A stretch of DNA of 64,000 bases, taken from NCBI GenBank assembly GCA_036454645.1, contig JAZHSQ010000003.1:20504-84503 (forward strand), given 5' to 3'. Below the pieces are notes generated by a model. The model had not been told where the DNA came from. It saw only the letters and a program-made list of their open reading frames with translations, and searched no databases. Positions 25,964 through 34,770 of this stretch are shown here, in pieces; the stretch's first letter is position 1, and each line of letters begins with the position of its first letter. This stretch comes from Olsenella sp. Its GTDB lineage: Bacteria; Actinomycetota; Coriobacteriia; Coriobacteriales; Atopobiaceae. Both the position numbers and the translations under genes were made by a program.

Positions 25964-27829
25964 ATGAATGGATTGACAGTCATCGTTATCGCGGCGGTGG
26001 CCCTGGTCATTGGCTACGTGGGCTACGGCCGTTGGCTGGCTGGCTCCTGGGGCGTCGATCGCGACGCGCTGACGCCCGCCGTGCGCATGGAGGACGGCAA
26101 GGACTTCACCCCCGCCTCGCGCTTCTCCGTCTTCGCGCACCAGTTCTCATCCATCTGTGGCGCGGGCCCGGTGACGGGCACCATCGTGGCCATGATGTTC
26201 GGCTGGCTGCCGGTGCTGCTGTGGGTCCTCGTCGGCGGCATCTTCTTCGGCGCCGTGCATGACTTCGGCGCGCTCTACGCCTCGGTCAAGAACAACGGCA
26301 AGTCCCTGGGCCAGCTGATCGAGAAGTACATCGGCAGGACCGGGCGCCGCCTCTTCCTGCTCTTCAGCTTCCTGTTCTGCTGCGTCGTCGTCGCGGCCTT
26401 CACTTCGATGGTGGCCGGCACCTTCGGCGCCACCTACGTGGACGGCGCGCTCGACGCGGGCAAGTCCTACGCCGCCGGCTGCGCGGGCACCATCTCCATC
26501 CTCTTCACCTTCTTCGCCATCGCCTTCGGCTGGCTCGACCGCAGGTTCCAGCTGGCCGGCGTGCCCAAGTTCGTGCTCGCCGTCCTCATGATCGGCGTCA
26601 TGTTCGCGCTCGGCATGAGGTTCCCGCTCTACCTCTCCACCGGCGCCTGGGTCGCCGTCGTGATGCTCTACCTCGTCTTCGCGAGCACCATGCCCATCCA
26701 GACCCTCAAGCAGCCGCGCGACTTCCTGACCGCCATCATGATGGTCGCCATGATCGCCTGCGCCGTCCTCGGCGTCGTCGTCCTCGGCGCGACCGGCCGC
26801 GCGACCATGAGCGCCCCGATGGTCGCCTCCTCCGAGCAGATGAGCGCGCTCGCCGCCAAGGGCAACTACCTCTTCCCGGTGCTGTTCGTCTCCGTCGCCT
26901 GCGGCGCCCTCTCCGGCTTCCACAGCCTGGTCTCCTCCGGCACCTCCTCCAAGCAGCTCTCCAACGAGGCTGACGCCCTGCCCGTCGGCTACGGCGCCAT
27001 GGTCCTCGAGAGCTTCGTCGGCGTGCTCGCCATCGTCGTCGCCGGCATCATGTTCTCCGACATGAACACCGCCGGCACGGGAGCCCTCAACGCCGGCGTC
27101 GCCTCGACTCCGTTCCAGATCTTCGCGGCAGGCGTCGCCCGCGGCATGGAGAGCTTCGGCATCGACAACACCTTCGCCACCGTCTTCATGACCATGAACG
27201 TCTCCGCCCTGGCGCTGACCTCGCTCGACGCCGTCGCCCGCATCGGCCGCACCTCCTTCCAGGAGTTCTTCTACCGCACCAACGACGCGGCGGAGAGCAG
27301 CGAGAAGCGCTCCGGCGCCCTGGGCGTCGTCACCAACACCTGGGTCGCGACCGCGGCCACCCTCGCCCTCGGTTGGGCCCTCTGCTACGGCGGCTACCTC
27401 AACATCTGGCCGCTCTTCGGCGCCTCCAACCAGCTGCTCGGCGGCATGACCATGATTACGCTGGCCGTCTTCTGCAAGGCCACCGGCCGCAAGGGCTGGA
27501 TGCTCTACGCTCCCGTGGCCTTCCTGCTCGTGTGCACCTTCACCTCTCTGGCCATGAGCATCTGGGGCTGCGTCACGGCGCTCGCCGGCGGGCTCACCTT
27601 CGCCGTCGTCGCCACCAAGGGCCTCCAGCTCGTCTTCGCCGTGCTGCTCACGGTCCTCGGCGTCATCGTCGCCTACAACTGCCTCAAGGAGCTCGTGCGC
27701 ACCGAGGCCGGCTCCATGCCCGACGAGGAGCCCGAGTGGAGCGAGATGGGCCGCGAGCACGTCTCCCAGGCGAGGGTCGACCAGGCCGAGCGCGCCGCCA
27801 AGGCCGGCAAGGCCGCGGTGGGCGCCTAG
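25964..27829 (+). CDS. cstA: Carbon starvation protein A family transporter
   Basis: TPAVRMEDGKDF, HQFSSICGAGPVTG, GWLP, GAVHDF, VACGALSGFHSL, GYGAMVLE, TSLD, IWPLFGASNQLL. Confidence 0.95.
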   Translation: MNGLTVIVIAAVALVIGYVGYGRWLAGSWGVDRDALTPAVRMEDGKDFTPASRFSVFAHQFSSICGAGPVTGTIVAMMFGWLPVLLWVLVGGIFFGAVHDFGALYASVKNNGKSLGQLIEKYIGRTGRRLFLLFSFLFCCVVVAAFTSMVAGTFGATYVDGALDAGKSYAAGCAGTISILFTFFAIAFGWLDRRFQLAGVPKFVLAVLMIGVMFALGMRFPLYLSTGAWVAVVMLYLVFASTMPIQTLKQPRDFLTAIMMVAMIACAVLGVVVLGATGRATMSAPMVASSEQMSALAAKGNYLFPVLFVSVACGALSGFHSLVSSGTSSKQLSNEADALPVGYGAMVLESFVGVLAIVVAGIMFSDMNTAGTGALNAGVASTPFQIFAAGVARGMESFGIDNTFATVFMTMNVSALALTSLDAVARIGRTSFQEFFYRTNDAAESSEKRSGALGVVTNTWVATAATLALGWALCYGGYLNIWPLFGASNQLLGGMTMITLAVFCKATGRKGWMLYAPVAFLLVCTFTSLAMSIWGCVTALAGGLTFAVVATKGLQLVFAVLLTVLGVIVAYNCLKELVRTEAGSMPDEEPEWSEMGREHVSQARVDQAERAAKAGKAAVGA

Positions 27830-27866
27830 CCTCGAGCCCTCGGCAGCACCCGCCATCGGATTGTCC

Positions 27867-27908
27867 GGGCCCGTCCGCAGCAAGCCGCTGCGGACGGGCC
27901 CTTCTCTT
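27867..27908 (+). terminator. Terminator after cstA
   Basis: GGGCCCGTCCGCAGC-AAGCC-GCTGCGGACGGGCCC followed by TTCTCTT. Confidence 0.85.
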
Positions 27909-27942
27909 AAGGAGGTGCCCCGCCCCTTAAGACTTCATAAGG
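27906..27942 (+). promoter_or_regulatory. OmpR-type direct repeats upstream of the response regulator
   Basis: TTAAG at 27907 and 27927, ATAAG at 27937 (10/20-bp phasing). Confidence 0.45.
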
Positions 27943-28043
27943 AAGCCGCCGGTCGCCCGCGCGGGGCGCCCGCGTAGGATGTGGTCGAAGGATTCAGGCA
28001 GCGCGGGGCGCCACCCCGCGCGGCCGGCGGGAGGTGAGAGGAC

Positions 28044-28751
28044 ATGGCGGGTTCCAAGATACTGATCATCGAGGACGACCAGGACATCCGCGAGGGCGTC
28101 ACGGTCCTTCTCGAGGGCGAGGGCTACGAGGTCTCGGGCGCCGCGGACGGCGCCGAGGGGCTGGCCCTGCTCACGGACGACTGCGACCTCGTCATCCTCG
28201 ACGTGATGATGCCCGGCATGTCCGGGATAGACACCTGCAAGGAGATCCGCCGGCGCCAGTCCATGGTGCCGATCCTGTTCCTCTCCGCGAAGACCAAGGA
28301 GTCCGACAAGGCAACGGGCCTGCTCTCCGGCGGCGACGACTACCTCTGCAAGCCCTTCTCCTACACGGAGCTGCTCGCCCGCGTGAAGGCGCTCATCCGC
28401 CGCTACCACCTCTACCAGGGAAAGCCCGACGACGACTTCCGGCCCAAGGACTGCGACGTGGTGAGCGGCGACCTCGAGGTCGGGCTCGAGTCGGGCGTGG
28501 TCAAGCTCGGCGGGACCCCCGTCAGCCTGACCGACACCGAGTTCGGGATCCTGCGCCTGCTCGCCGAGGCGCCCGGCACGATCCACTCCGCCCGCCAGAT
28601 CTACGAGACGGTGTGGGGCCTGCCCTACGAGCACTCGGCGAACGCCACGATTATGGTGCACGTCTCGCACCTGCGCAACAAGATCGAGCGCGACCCCAAG
28701 CAGCCCGTCCACGTCAAGACGGTCTGGGGGAGGGGATACCGCTTTGAGTAG
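28044..28751 (+). CDS. OmpR/PhoB family response regulator
   Basis: ILIIEDD, LDVMMPGMSG, FLSAK, DDYLCKPF, LTDTEF, HLRNKIE, TVWGRGY. Confidence 0.96.
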   Translation: MAGSKILIIEDDQDIREGVTVLLEGEGYEVSGAADGAEGLALLTDDCDLVILDVMMPGMSGIDTCKEIRRRQSMVPILFLSAKTKESDKATGLLSGGDDYLCKPFSYTELLARVKALIRRYHLYQGKPDDDFRPKDCDVVSGDLEVGLESGVVKLGGTPVSLTDTEFGILRLLAEAPGTIHSARQIYETVWGLPYEHSANATIMVHVSHLRNKIERDPKQPVHVKTVWGRGYRFE

Positions 28752-30171
28752 GCTGCGCCACCTCCTCTTCGGCGGCTCGCTGCGCGTCCGGCTGGTCAAG
28801 CTGGTCATCGCGAGCGCCCTGGCCGCCATCGGGGCCTTCTTCGCCCTCTCCTGGGCCGCGCACGTCGTGAGCAGGGATACGGGCGCGATGAGCTCCTACA
28901 TCAACAGGCGCTACGACGAGAGCGCCCGCAGCCTCGGCGACTTCATGGTCGCCAACGACGTGACCGAGGCGAGCTCGGGGAGGCTCGGGACCTGGGTGCA
29001 CGAGCACCGCGACGTGGAGATCGAGGTCTTCAGCGACGAGGGCTTCGTCTACGCCTCCGACTTCATGCTCGACGGCAGCCAGCTCCCCAGCCTCGACTCC
29101 GAGGAGCTCCCCGCCTACGACGGCATGCGCGTCTTCGGCCTCGAACTCGCAGACGGCACGCCCGTGACCGTCTACCTCTTCGGGTCCTTCAGCTTCGCGT
29201 TCCTCGTCGGCCTGAGGGCCGTCTGCGCCATGGCCGCCACGCTTCTCTTCTTCGTTCTCTTCCTCTGGGGGGTCACGCGTCGCGTCGCCTACGTGAGGCG
29301 CCTCGAGAGCGCCGTCGTGGCCATGGGCGCGGGCGACCTCGAGACCCCCGTGGAGGTGCGGGGCGACGACGAGCTCGCGAGCCTCGCCTCCCAGATGGAC
29401 CAGATGCGCGTCTCGTTCTCCGAGCAGATCGAGTCGGAGAAGAGCGCCAAGCAGGCCAACCGCGACCTCGTCACCACCATGTCGCACGACCTGCGCACGC
29501 CCCTCACGTCGCTTCTGCTCTACGTGCAGATCCTCAAGGACGGCAAGTACGCCGACGAGGCGCAGCTCGGGGAGTACCTCGACAAGATCTACGGTCGCAG
29601 CATGCAGATCAAGACCCTCTCGGACTCCCTCTTCCACCACTTCCTGGTGGAGGACGAGGCGCCGGGCGAGAAGGACGCGCGCGGACCGCTGGGCCTCGTG
29701 ATGGGCGACCTCCTCGCGGAGTTCTCGTCCTCCCTCGAGGCCGCCGGCTTCGACGTCGTCCTGGAGGGCTCGCTCGAGGACGTGGAGCGCCCCGTCGACG
29801 AGAGCGCGCTCGCGCGCGTCCTCGACAACCTGCTCTCCAACATCTACAAGTACGCGGCCCGCCACTCCGAGGTCACCATCCTCGCCTACCGCGACGCGCG
29901 CCGCTGCGAGGACGGGCGCGCGGCTGCGCTCGCGCCGGCCGACGTCTGCGGCCTCAGGATCACCAACGAGGTCGAGCCCGCCCCCGAGGCGCGCGAGAGC
30001 ACCCGCATCGGCCTCGAGAACGTCCGCGCCCTCATGTCCCAGATGGGCGGCAGCTACCGCGTCGAGCGGGGGGACGCCCGCGACGGCGCACCCGGAACCT
30101 ACACCTCCGTCCTCGAGTTCTCGCTTCGCGCCCCCGATGGTCGGACGTCGTCCACAGAAGGAAGGAACTGA
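28744..30171 (+). CDS. HAMP-domain sensor histidine kinase
   Basis: Two TM segments, HAMP (GDLETPV..RGDDELASL), H-box SHDLRTPLT, N-box DNLLSNIYKYA; G2 box degenerate (STRIGL). Confidence 0.92.
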   Translation: MSRLRHLLFGGSLRVRLVKLVIASALAAIGAFFALSWAAHVVSRDTGAMSSYINRRYDESARSLGDFMVANDVTEASSGRLGTWVHEHRDVEIEVFSDEGFVYASDFMLDGSQLPSLDSEELPAYDGMRVFGLELADGTPVTVYLFGSFSFAFLVGLRAVCAMAATLLFFVLFLWGVTRRVAYVRRLESAVVAMGAGDLETPVEVRGDDELASLASQMDQMRVSFSEQIESEKSAKQANRDLVTTMSHDLRTPLTSLLLYVQILKDGKYADEAQLGEYLDKIYGRSMQIKTLSDSLFHHFLVEDEAPGEKDARGPLGLVMGDLLAEFSSSLEAAGFDVVLEGSLEDVERPVDESALARVLDNLLSNIYKYAARHSEVTILAYRDARRCEDGRAAALAPADVCGLRITNEVEPAPEARESTRIGLENVRALMSQMGGSYRVERGDARDGAPGTYTSVLEFSLRAPDGRTSSTEGRN

Positions 30172-30172
30172 C

Positions 30173-31702
30173 ATGTCAGACGAGAAGAACCAGCAGGTGG
30201 CGAACGTCCTCGAGTGGCTCGAGGCCTCGGCGGCGGCGCATCCGGACAAGGTCGCCTTCGCGGACGACGCCTCCGAGCTCACCTACGCGAGGCTCGAGCG
30301 CGGCGCCCGCTCCGTGGCGACGGGGCTCGCCCGCGCCGGCGCGGTCCGCGAGCCGGTCGCGATCCTCCTTCCGCGCGGCGTGCTGCAGCCCCTCGCCATG
30401 TTCGGCGTCGCCTACAGCGGCGGTCCCTACGTCGTGCTCGACTCGGGTTCGCCGCGCGAGCGCCTCGCCAAGATCGTGGCCTCGATGCGCCCGGCGCAGC
30501 TCCTCTGCTGCGACGAGACCCGCGAGCTCGGGGAGGGCCTGCTGCCGGGCCGCTGCCTGGACGTCCGCGCCGCCGCCTCGCTCGAGCCCGACGACGAGCT
30601 CCTCGCCGACGTGCGGCTCGCCTCGAGCCCCGAGGACCTGCTCTACGTGCTCTACACCTCCGGCTCCACGGGCACGCCCAAGGGCGTCATGGTGACGCAC
30701 GCCAACGTCGCCTCCTACGTCTCGTGGTTCGCGGACACCTTCGGGATCGACGAGTCCACCGTGTTCGGCAGCCAGACGCCGTTCTACTTCAGCATGTCCG
30801 TCTCGGACCTGTTCGCCTGCGTGCGCCAGGGCGCCACGATGCAGATCGTCCCGCGCGCGCTCTTCTCGTTCCCCGTGCGCCTGGTCGAGTTCCTGAACGA
30901 GCGCCGCGTGAACACCCTGTACTGGGTGCCCACGGCCCTCCAGATCTTCTCGCGCTGGGACGTGCTCTCGGTGGCGCCGCTCGAGTTCGTCCGCAAGGTC
31001 ATGTTCGCCGGCGAGGTCATGCCGACGCCGACCCTCAACTACTGGATGGACCACCTGCCCGAGGCGCGCTTCGCCGACCTCTTCGGCCCCACCGAGACGA
31101 CCGACATCTGCACCTACTACAAGGTGGACCGCCGCCTCGCCGACGACGAGCCGCTGCCGATCGGCAGGCCCTGCGAGGGGCTGCGCGCCTACGTCCTCAC
31201 CGAGGACGGCCGGCAGGCGAAGGTGGGCGAGGAGGGCGAGCTCTACGTGGGTGGCCCCTTCGTGGCCAAGGGCTACCTGGGCGACGCCCGCCGCACGATG
31301 CAGGCCTTCGTGCCCGACCCGCTCGACCCCGCCCGCGGGTTGGTCTACCGCACGGGCGACATCGTCCGCATGGGCGAGGACGGCAACCTGCGCTACGTGA
31401 GCCGCAAGGACACGCAGATCAAGCGCAGCGGCTACCGCATCGAGCTCGGCGAGGTCGAAGCCGCCGCCGTGGCGGTGGAGGGCGTGGGCTCCTGCGCCGC
31501 CGTCTTCGAGGCCGCGCGCGACCAGATCGTGCTCTTCTGCACCGGCCGCAAGCTCGACCGGGACCGGGTGGCCAAGGCGCTGCGCGCCCGCCTGCCGCAC
31601 TACATGGTGCCGGACAGGATAGAGACGGTCCGCACCATGCCGCTCAACCGCAACGGCAAGATCGACCGGCACGCGCTGGCGGCGCTGGGCGCCTCGGCGT
31701 AG
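30173..31702 (+). CDS. Stand-alone adenylation domain protein (DltA-like)
   Basis: YTSGSTGTPKGV, FAGE, FGPTE, LPIGRP, GELYVGG, YRTGD, QIKRSGYRIELGE, LPHYMVP, NGKIDR. Confidence 0.93.
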   Translation: MSDEKNQQVANVLEWLEASAAAHPDKVAFADDASELTYARLERGARSVATGLARAGAVREPVAILLPRGVLQPLAMFGVAYSGGPYVVLDSGSPRERLAKIVASMRPAQLLCCDETRELGEGLLPGRCLDVRAAASLEPDDELLADVRLASSPEDLLYVLYTSGSTGTPKGVMVTHANVASYVSWFADTFGIDESTVFGSQTPFYFSMSVSDLFACVRQGATMQIVPRALFSFPVRLVEFLNERRVNTLYWVPTALQIFSRWDVLSVAPLEFVRKVMFAGEVMPTPTLNYWMDHLPEARFADLFGPTETTDICTYYKVDRRLADDEPLPIGRPCEGLRAYVLTEDGRQAKVGEEGELYVGGPFVAKGYLGDARRTMQAFVPDPLDPARGLVYRTGDIVRMGEDGNLRYVSRKDTQIKRSGYRIELGEVEAAAVAVEGVGSCAAVFEAARDQIVLFCTGRKLDRDRVAKALRARLPHYMVPDRIETVRTMPLNRNGKIDRHALAALGASA

Positions 31703-31811
31703 GGGGCGGCCGCAGCCTGCCGGCGGCAGGTCAGTAGCTTCGAGCAACAGTCGCACGTCGATGGCCGCCGGGAGGCGGCGGGCCCCGCGGGGCCGAGGAG
31801 GGAGAGGCACC

Positions 31812-32048
31812 ATGGAGGACACCAAGCAGCAGGTCAAGGAGATTCTCGAGAGGCTCGTGCCGGGCGTGGACGTCGAGGGGACGCCCGACCTGGTCAAGGC
31901 CGGCGTGATCGACTCGATGGTCTCGATCATGCTGGTCAACGAGCTCGAGGACGCCTTCGACATCGAGGTGACGCCGCTCGACATGGTCCCGGAGAACTTC
32001 TCCTCCGTGCAGGCGATCGCCGACTTCGTCGACGGCCAGCTCGCCTAG
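31812..32048 (+). CDS. Acyl/aminoacyl carrier protein (DltC-like)
   Basis: 78 aa acidic protein, GVIDSM phosphopantetheine site, LEDAFDIE, PENF. Confidence 0.9.
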   Translation: MEDTKQQVKEILERLVPGVDVEGTPDLVKAGVIDSMVSIMLVNELEDAFDIEVTPLDMVPENFSSVQAIADFVDGQLA

Positions 32049-32057
32049 GGGGCTCCC

Positions 32058-33653
32058 GTGTCGCTCTCCTCCTGGTCCTACCTGCTCGCCTTCCTGCCCG
32101 CGACCGTCCTCGCCTACGCGCTCTGCCCCCGGCGGGCGCGCTGGGCGGTCGTCCTGGCGGCGAGCTACTGCTTCCTGTGGCTCTCGAGCGGATGGCTCGT
32201 GCTCTACGTGGCGCTCGCCACCCTCGTCACCTACGGGAGCGCGCTCTGGGTCCAGGGGGTCTTCCGCAGAGGGGAGCAGGCGGCGCCCGCGGACGAGACG
32301 CGCCGGCAGGCCCGGGAGCGCCGGCGGGCGACCAAGCGCCGCGCCAGGCGCGTCATGCTCGTCGGGGTCCTCGCCGACCTCGCGGTCCTTGTCGCCCTCA
32401 AGTACGGCGGCATGCTCGCGAGCTCCCTCGACGCCCTCCGCGGCGCCCTGGGGATGCAGCCCCTCTTCGGGGGCGCGAGCGCGGTGGCGATGCCGCTCGG
32501 CATCTCCTTCTACACCCTCATGTGCATGGGCTACGTGATCGACGTCTACCGCGGCAAGTACGAGGCCTGCCGCAACCTCGGCACGGTCGCTACCTTCGTG
32601 GCCTTCTTCCCGCACCTGACCGAGGGCCCGATCGGCACCTTCGACGCGCTCGCGCCGCAGCTGCGCGCGGGCCGGGTCGCCCGCGGCAGGGCGCTCACCC
32701 GCGCGACCTACCTCATCCTCTGGGGCCTCTTCAAGAAGCTCGTGGTCGCCGACCGCCTGAACCCGCTCGTCGGGGAGGTCTTCGCCAACCACGCCTCCTA
32801 CCAGGGGCTCGTCGTGGTGCTCGCCGCCGTGCTCTACACGGTGCAGCTCTACGCGGACTTCTCGGGCGTGGTCGACGTGGCGCGGGGCTCGGCCGAGCTC
32901 ATGGGCGTCTCGCTGGCGCCCAACTTCCGCCAGCCGTTCTTCTCGCACGACGTGAACGAGTTCTGGCGCCGCTGGCACATGACCCTGGGCGCCTGGCTCA
33001 AGGAGTACGTCTTCTTCCCGGTCTCGCTCTCGGGCGCGACGCGGCGCGTCACCACGTGGGCGCACGCGCACCTGAAGGGCAACGCGGCCAGGGTCGCCTC
33101 GACGCTGCTCGCCCTCCTCGCCGTGTGGAGCGCCTGCGGCATCTGGCACGGCGCCTCCTGGAAGTACCTGGTCTACGGCTTGTACTACTTCGCCCTGGTC
33201 TTCCTCGGCATGCTGCTCGAGCCGGTCTTCGCACGGCTCGCGTCGGCGCTCGGTCAGGACCGGAGGGCGCCCCTCTGGCGCGGGGTCGCCGTGGCGCGCA
33301 CGTGCCTTCTGGTCGTCGTGGGCATGACGCTGTTTCGCGCGGACACGCTCGCGGACTTCGGGCAGATGGTGGCGTCGGTCTTCGCCGGCGCGGGTCTGGG
33401 GCCCCTGGCCTCGGGCGAGCTCTTCGCCCACGGCTGCGACCTCCTCGACCTTAGGGTCGCGCTCGCCGGCGCGGCCGTCATGCTCGCCTTCGACGTGCTC
33501 CAGCGGCGGCCCGGCGGCGTGAGCGGTCTCGTGCTCGACCACGGGACCCCCCTCAGGTGGGCCGCGGGCGTGGGGCTTCTGTGCGCCGTGGTGGTCTTCG
33601 GCGCCTACGGGGTGGGCTACTCCCCGGTGGCCTCGATCTATGCAGGCTTCTAG
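32058..33653 (+). CDS. MBOAT family O-acyltransferase (DltB/AlgI-like)
   Basis: PLGISFYT, FFPHLTEGPI, WGLFKKLVVAD, QLYADFSG, NFRQPF, EFWRRWHMTL, GIWHG. Confidence 0.95.
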   Translation: MSLSSWSYLLAFLPATVLAYALCPRRARWAVVLAASYCFLWLSSGWLVLYVALATLVTYGSALWVQGVFRRGEQAAPADETRRQARERRRATKRRARRVMLVGVLADLAVLVALKYGGMLASSLDALRGALGMQPLFGGASAVAMPLGISFYTLMCMGYVIDVYRGKYEACRNLGTVATFVAFFPHLTEGPIGTFDALAPQLRAGRVARGRALTRATYLILWGLFKKLVVADRLNPLVGEVFANHASYQGLVVVLAAVLYTVQLYADFSGVVDVARGSAELMGVSLAPNFRQPFFSHDVNEFWRRWHMTLGAWLKEYVFFPVSLSGATRRVTTWAHAHLKGNAARVASTLLALLAVWSACGIWHGASWKYLVYGLYYFALVFLGMLLEPVFARLASALGQDRRAPLWRGVAVARTCLLVVVGMTLFRADTLADFGQMVASVFAGAGLGPLASGELFAHGCDLLDLRVALAGAAVMLAFDVLQRRPGGVSGLVLDHGTPLRWAAGVGLLCAVVVFGAYGVGYSPVASIYAGF

Positions 33654-33672
33654 CGCCTTCGGAGGCGATGAC

Positions 33673-34647
33673 ATGGACGGAAAGGTGAGGCCCGCAGGCG
33701 AGGCCGAGGGCGCGTCGGCGGCGCAGGGCGCTGCGGGGGCGACGGGCGCTGCGGCGACGGGGGCGCCCGCTGCCGGAGGGGACGGACGGCGCGGGCTCGG
33801 CCGCGGCGCGCTGCGCGTCTGCTGCGCCCTCCTCGTCGCGTTGGCGGCCCTGCTGGGGCTCGGCCGGTTGCTCCAGACGCGCGACCCGAGCGCGACCAAG
33901 GGCGTGCTCTACCCCTTCGTGTACAACTACGCCAAGATGGACGAGGACTCGATCGACGCCCTCGTCGTGGGCGACTCGAGCGCCATGTACGACATATCGC
34001 CCAAGGTCATGGGCGAGCGGACGGGCATCTCCTCCTACAACGCCGGCAGCCCCAACCAGTCCGTCGAGACCTCCTGGGAGCTCGTGCGCGACGTGTGGGG
34101 CCACCAGAGCCCGCGCTACGTGGTGCTCGAGGTCAACGAGCTCTTCACCGAGACCGAGACGGACAAGGCCGTGAAGAGCATGCTGCAGACGGCCCTGCCC
34201 GTCCTGCGCGACCACAGCAACTGGAAGCTGCTCGCCACGGGCGGGCTCGGGCAGGACGGCTCGGCGCTCACCGAGGACCTGGGCTACTACCCCTCCGACG
34301 ACGTGGTGGCGTGCACCAACGCGGACTACATGGCGACCAACGCCCAGCCGGGGGAGATCCCGTTCTGGTCGAGGGCCTACCTCGGCTGGATCCAGCGCGT
34401 CTGTGAGGAGCACGGCGCGACCCTGGTGCTCGTCTCGACCCCCAACGCGAGCGAGTGGAGCCAGTCCAAGCACGACCTCGTCGCGGCCTGGGCCTCCGAG
34501 CACGGCCTCGCCTACCTGGACGCCAACGTCGACCCCTCGGTCGGCGTCGACTGGTCCCAGGACACGCGCGACGGCGGGATGCACCTCAACCGCTCCGGTG
34601 GCACGAAGCTCTCGAACTGGCTCGCGGACCGGCTGGCGGAGCTGTAG
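33673..34647 (+). CDS. Membrane-anchored SGNH hydrolase-like protein (DltD/AlgJ-like transferase)
   Basis: N-terminal TM segment, block I VGDSS, block V DGGMHLN. Confidence 0.8.
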   Translation: MDGKVRPAGEAEGASAAQGAAGATGAAATGAPAAGGDGRRGLGRGALRVCCALLVALAALLGLGRLLQTRDPSATKGVLYPFVYNYAKMDEDSIDALVVGDSSAMYDISPKVMGERTGISSYNAGSPNQSVETSWELVRDVWGHQSPRYVVLEVNELFTETETDKAVKSMLQTALPVLRDHSNWKLLATGGLGQDGSALTEDLGYYPSDDVVACTNADYMATNAQPGEIPFWSRAYLGWIQRVCEEHGATLVLVSTPNASEWSQSKHDLVAAWASEHGLAYLDANVDPSVGVDWSQDTRDGGMHLNRSGGTKLSNWLADRLAEL

Positions 34648-34770
34648 CGGCCCCACGTCCTTCTCCGTGGACGCTGACGGACGCAGAGGGCGGCGCCGGG
34701 CGCGCGTGGGCTACACTCGGGTGGACTGACACGCCGGGCCCGCCTGCGGGCCACGAGAAGGGGAGGCACC

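Noticed and set aside
30173-32048. NRPS secondary-metabolite cluster
   Set aside because: No condensation or thioesterase domain; the MBOAT/SGNH partners point to envelope acylation.
34648-34770. SAM riboswitch or T-box upstream of metY
   Set aside because: Short leader with a likely -10 (TACACT) close to the gene; no SAM or T-box consensus recognised.
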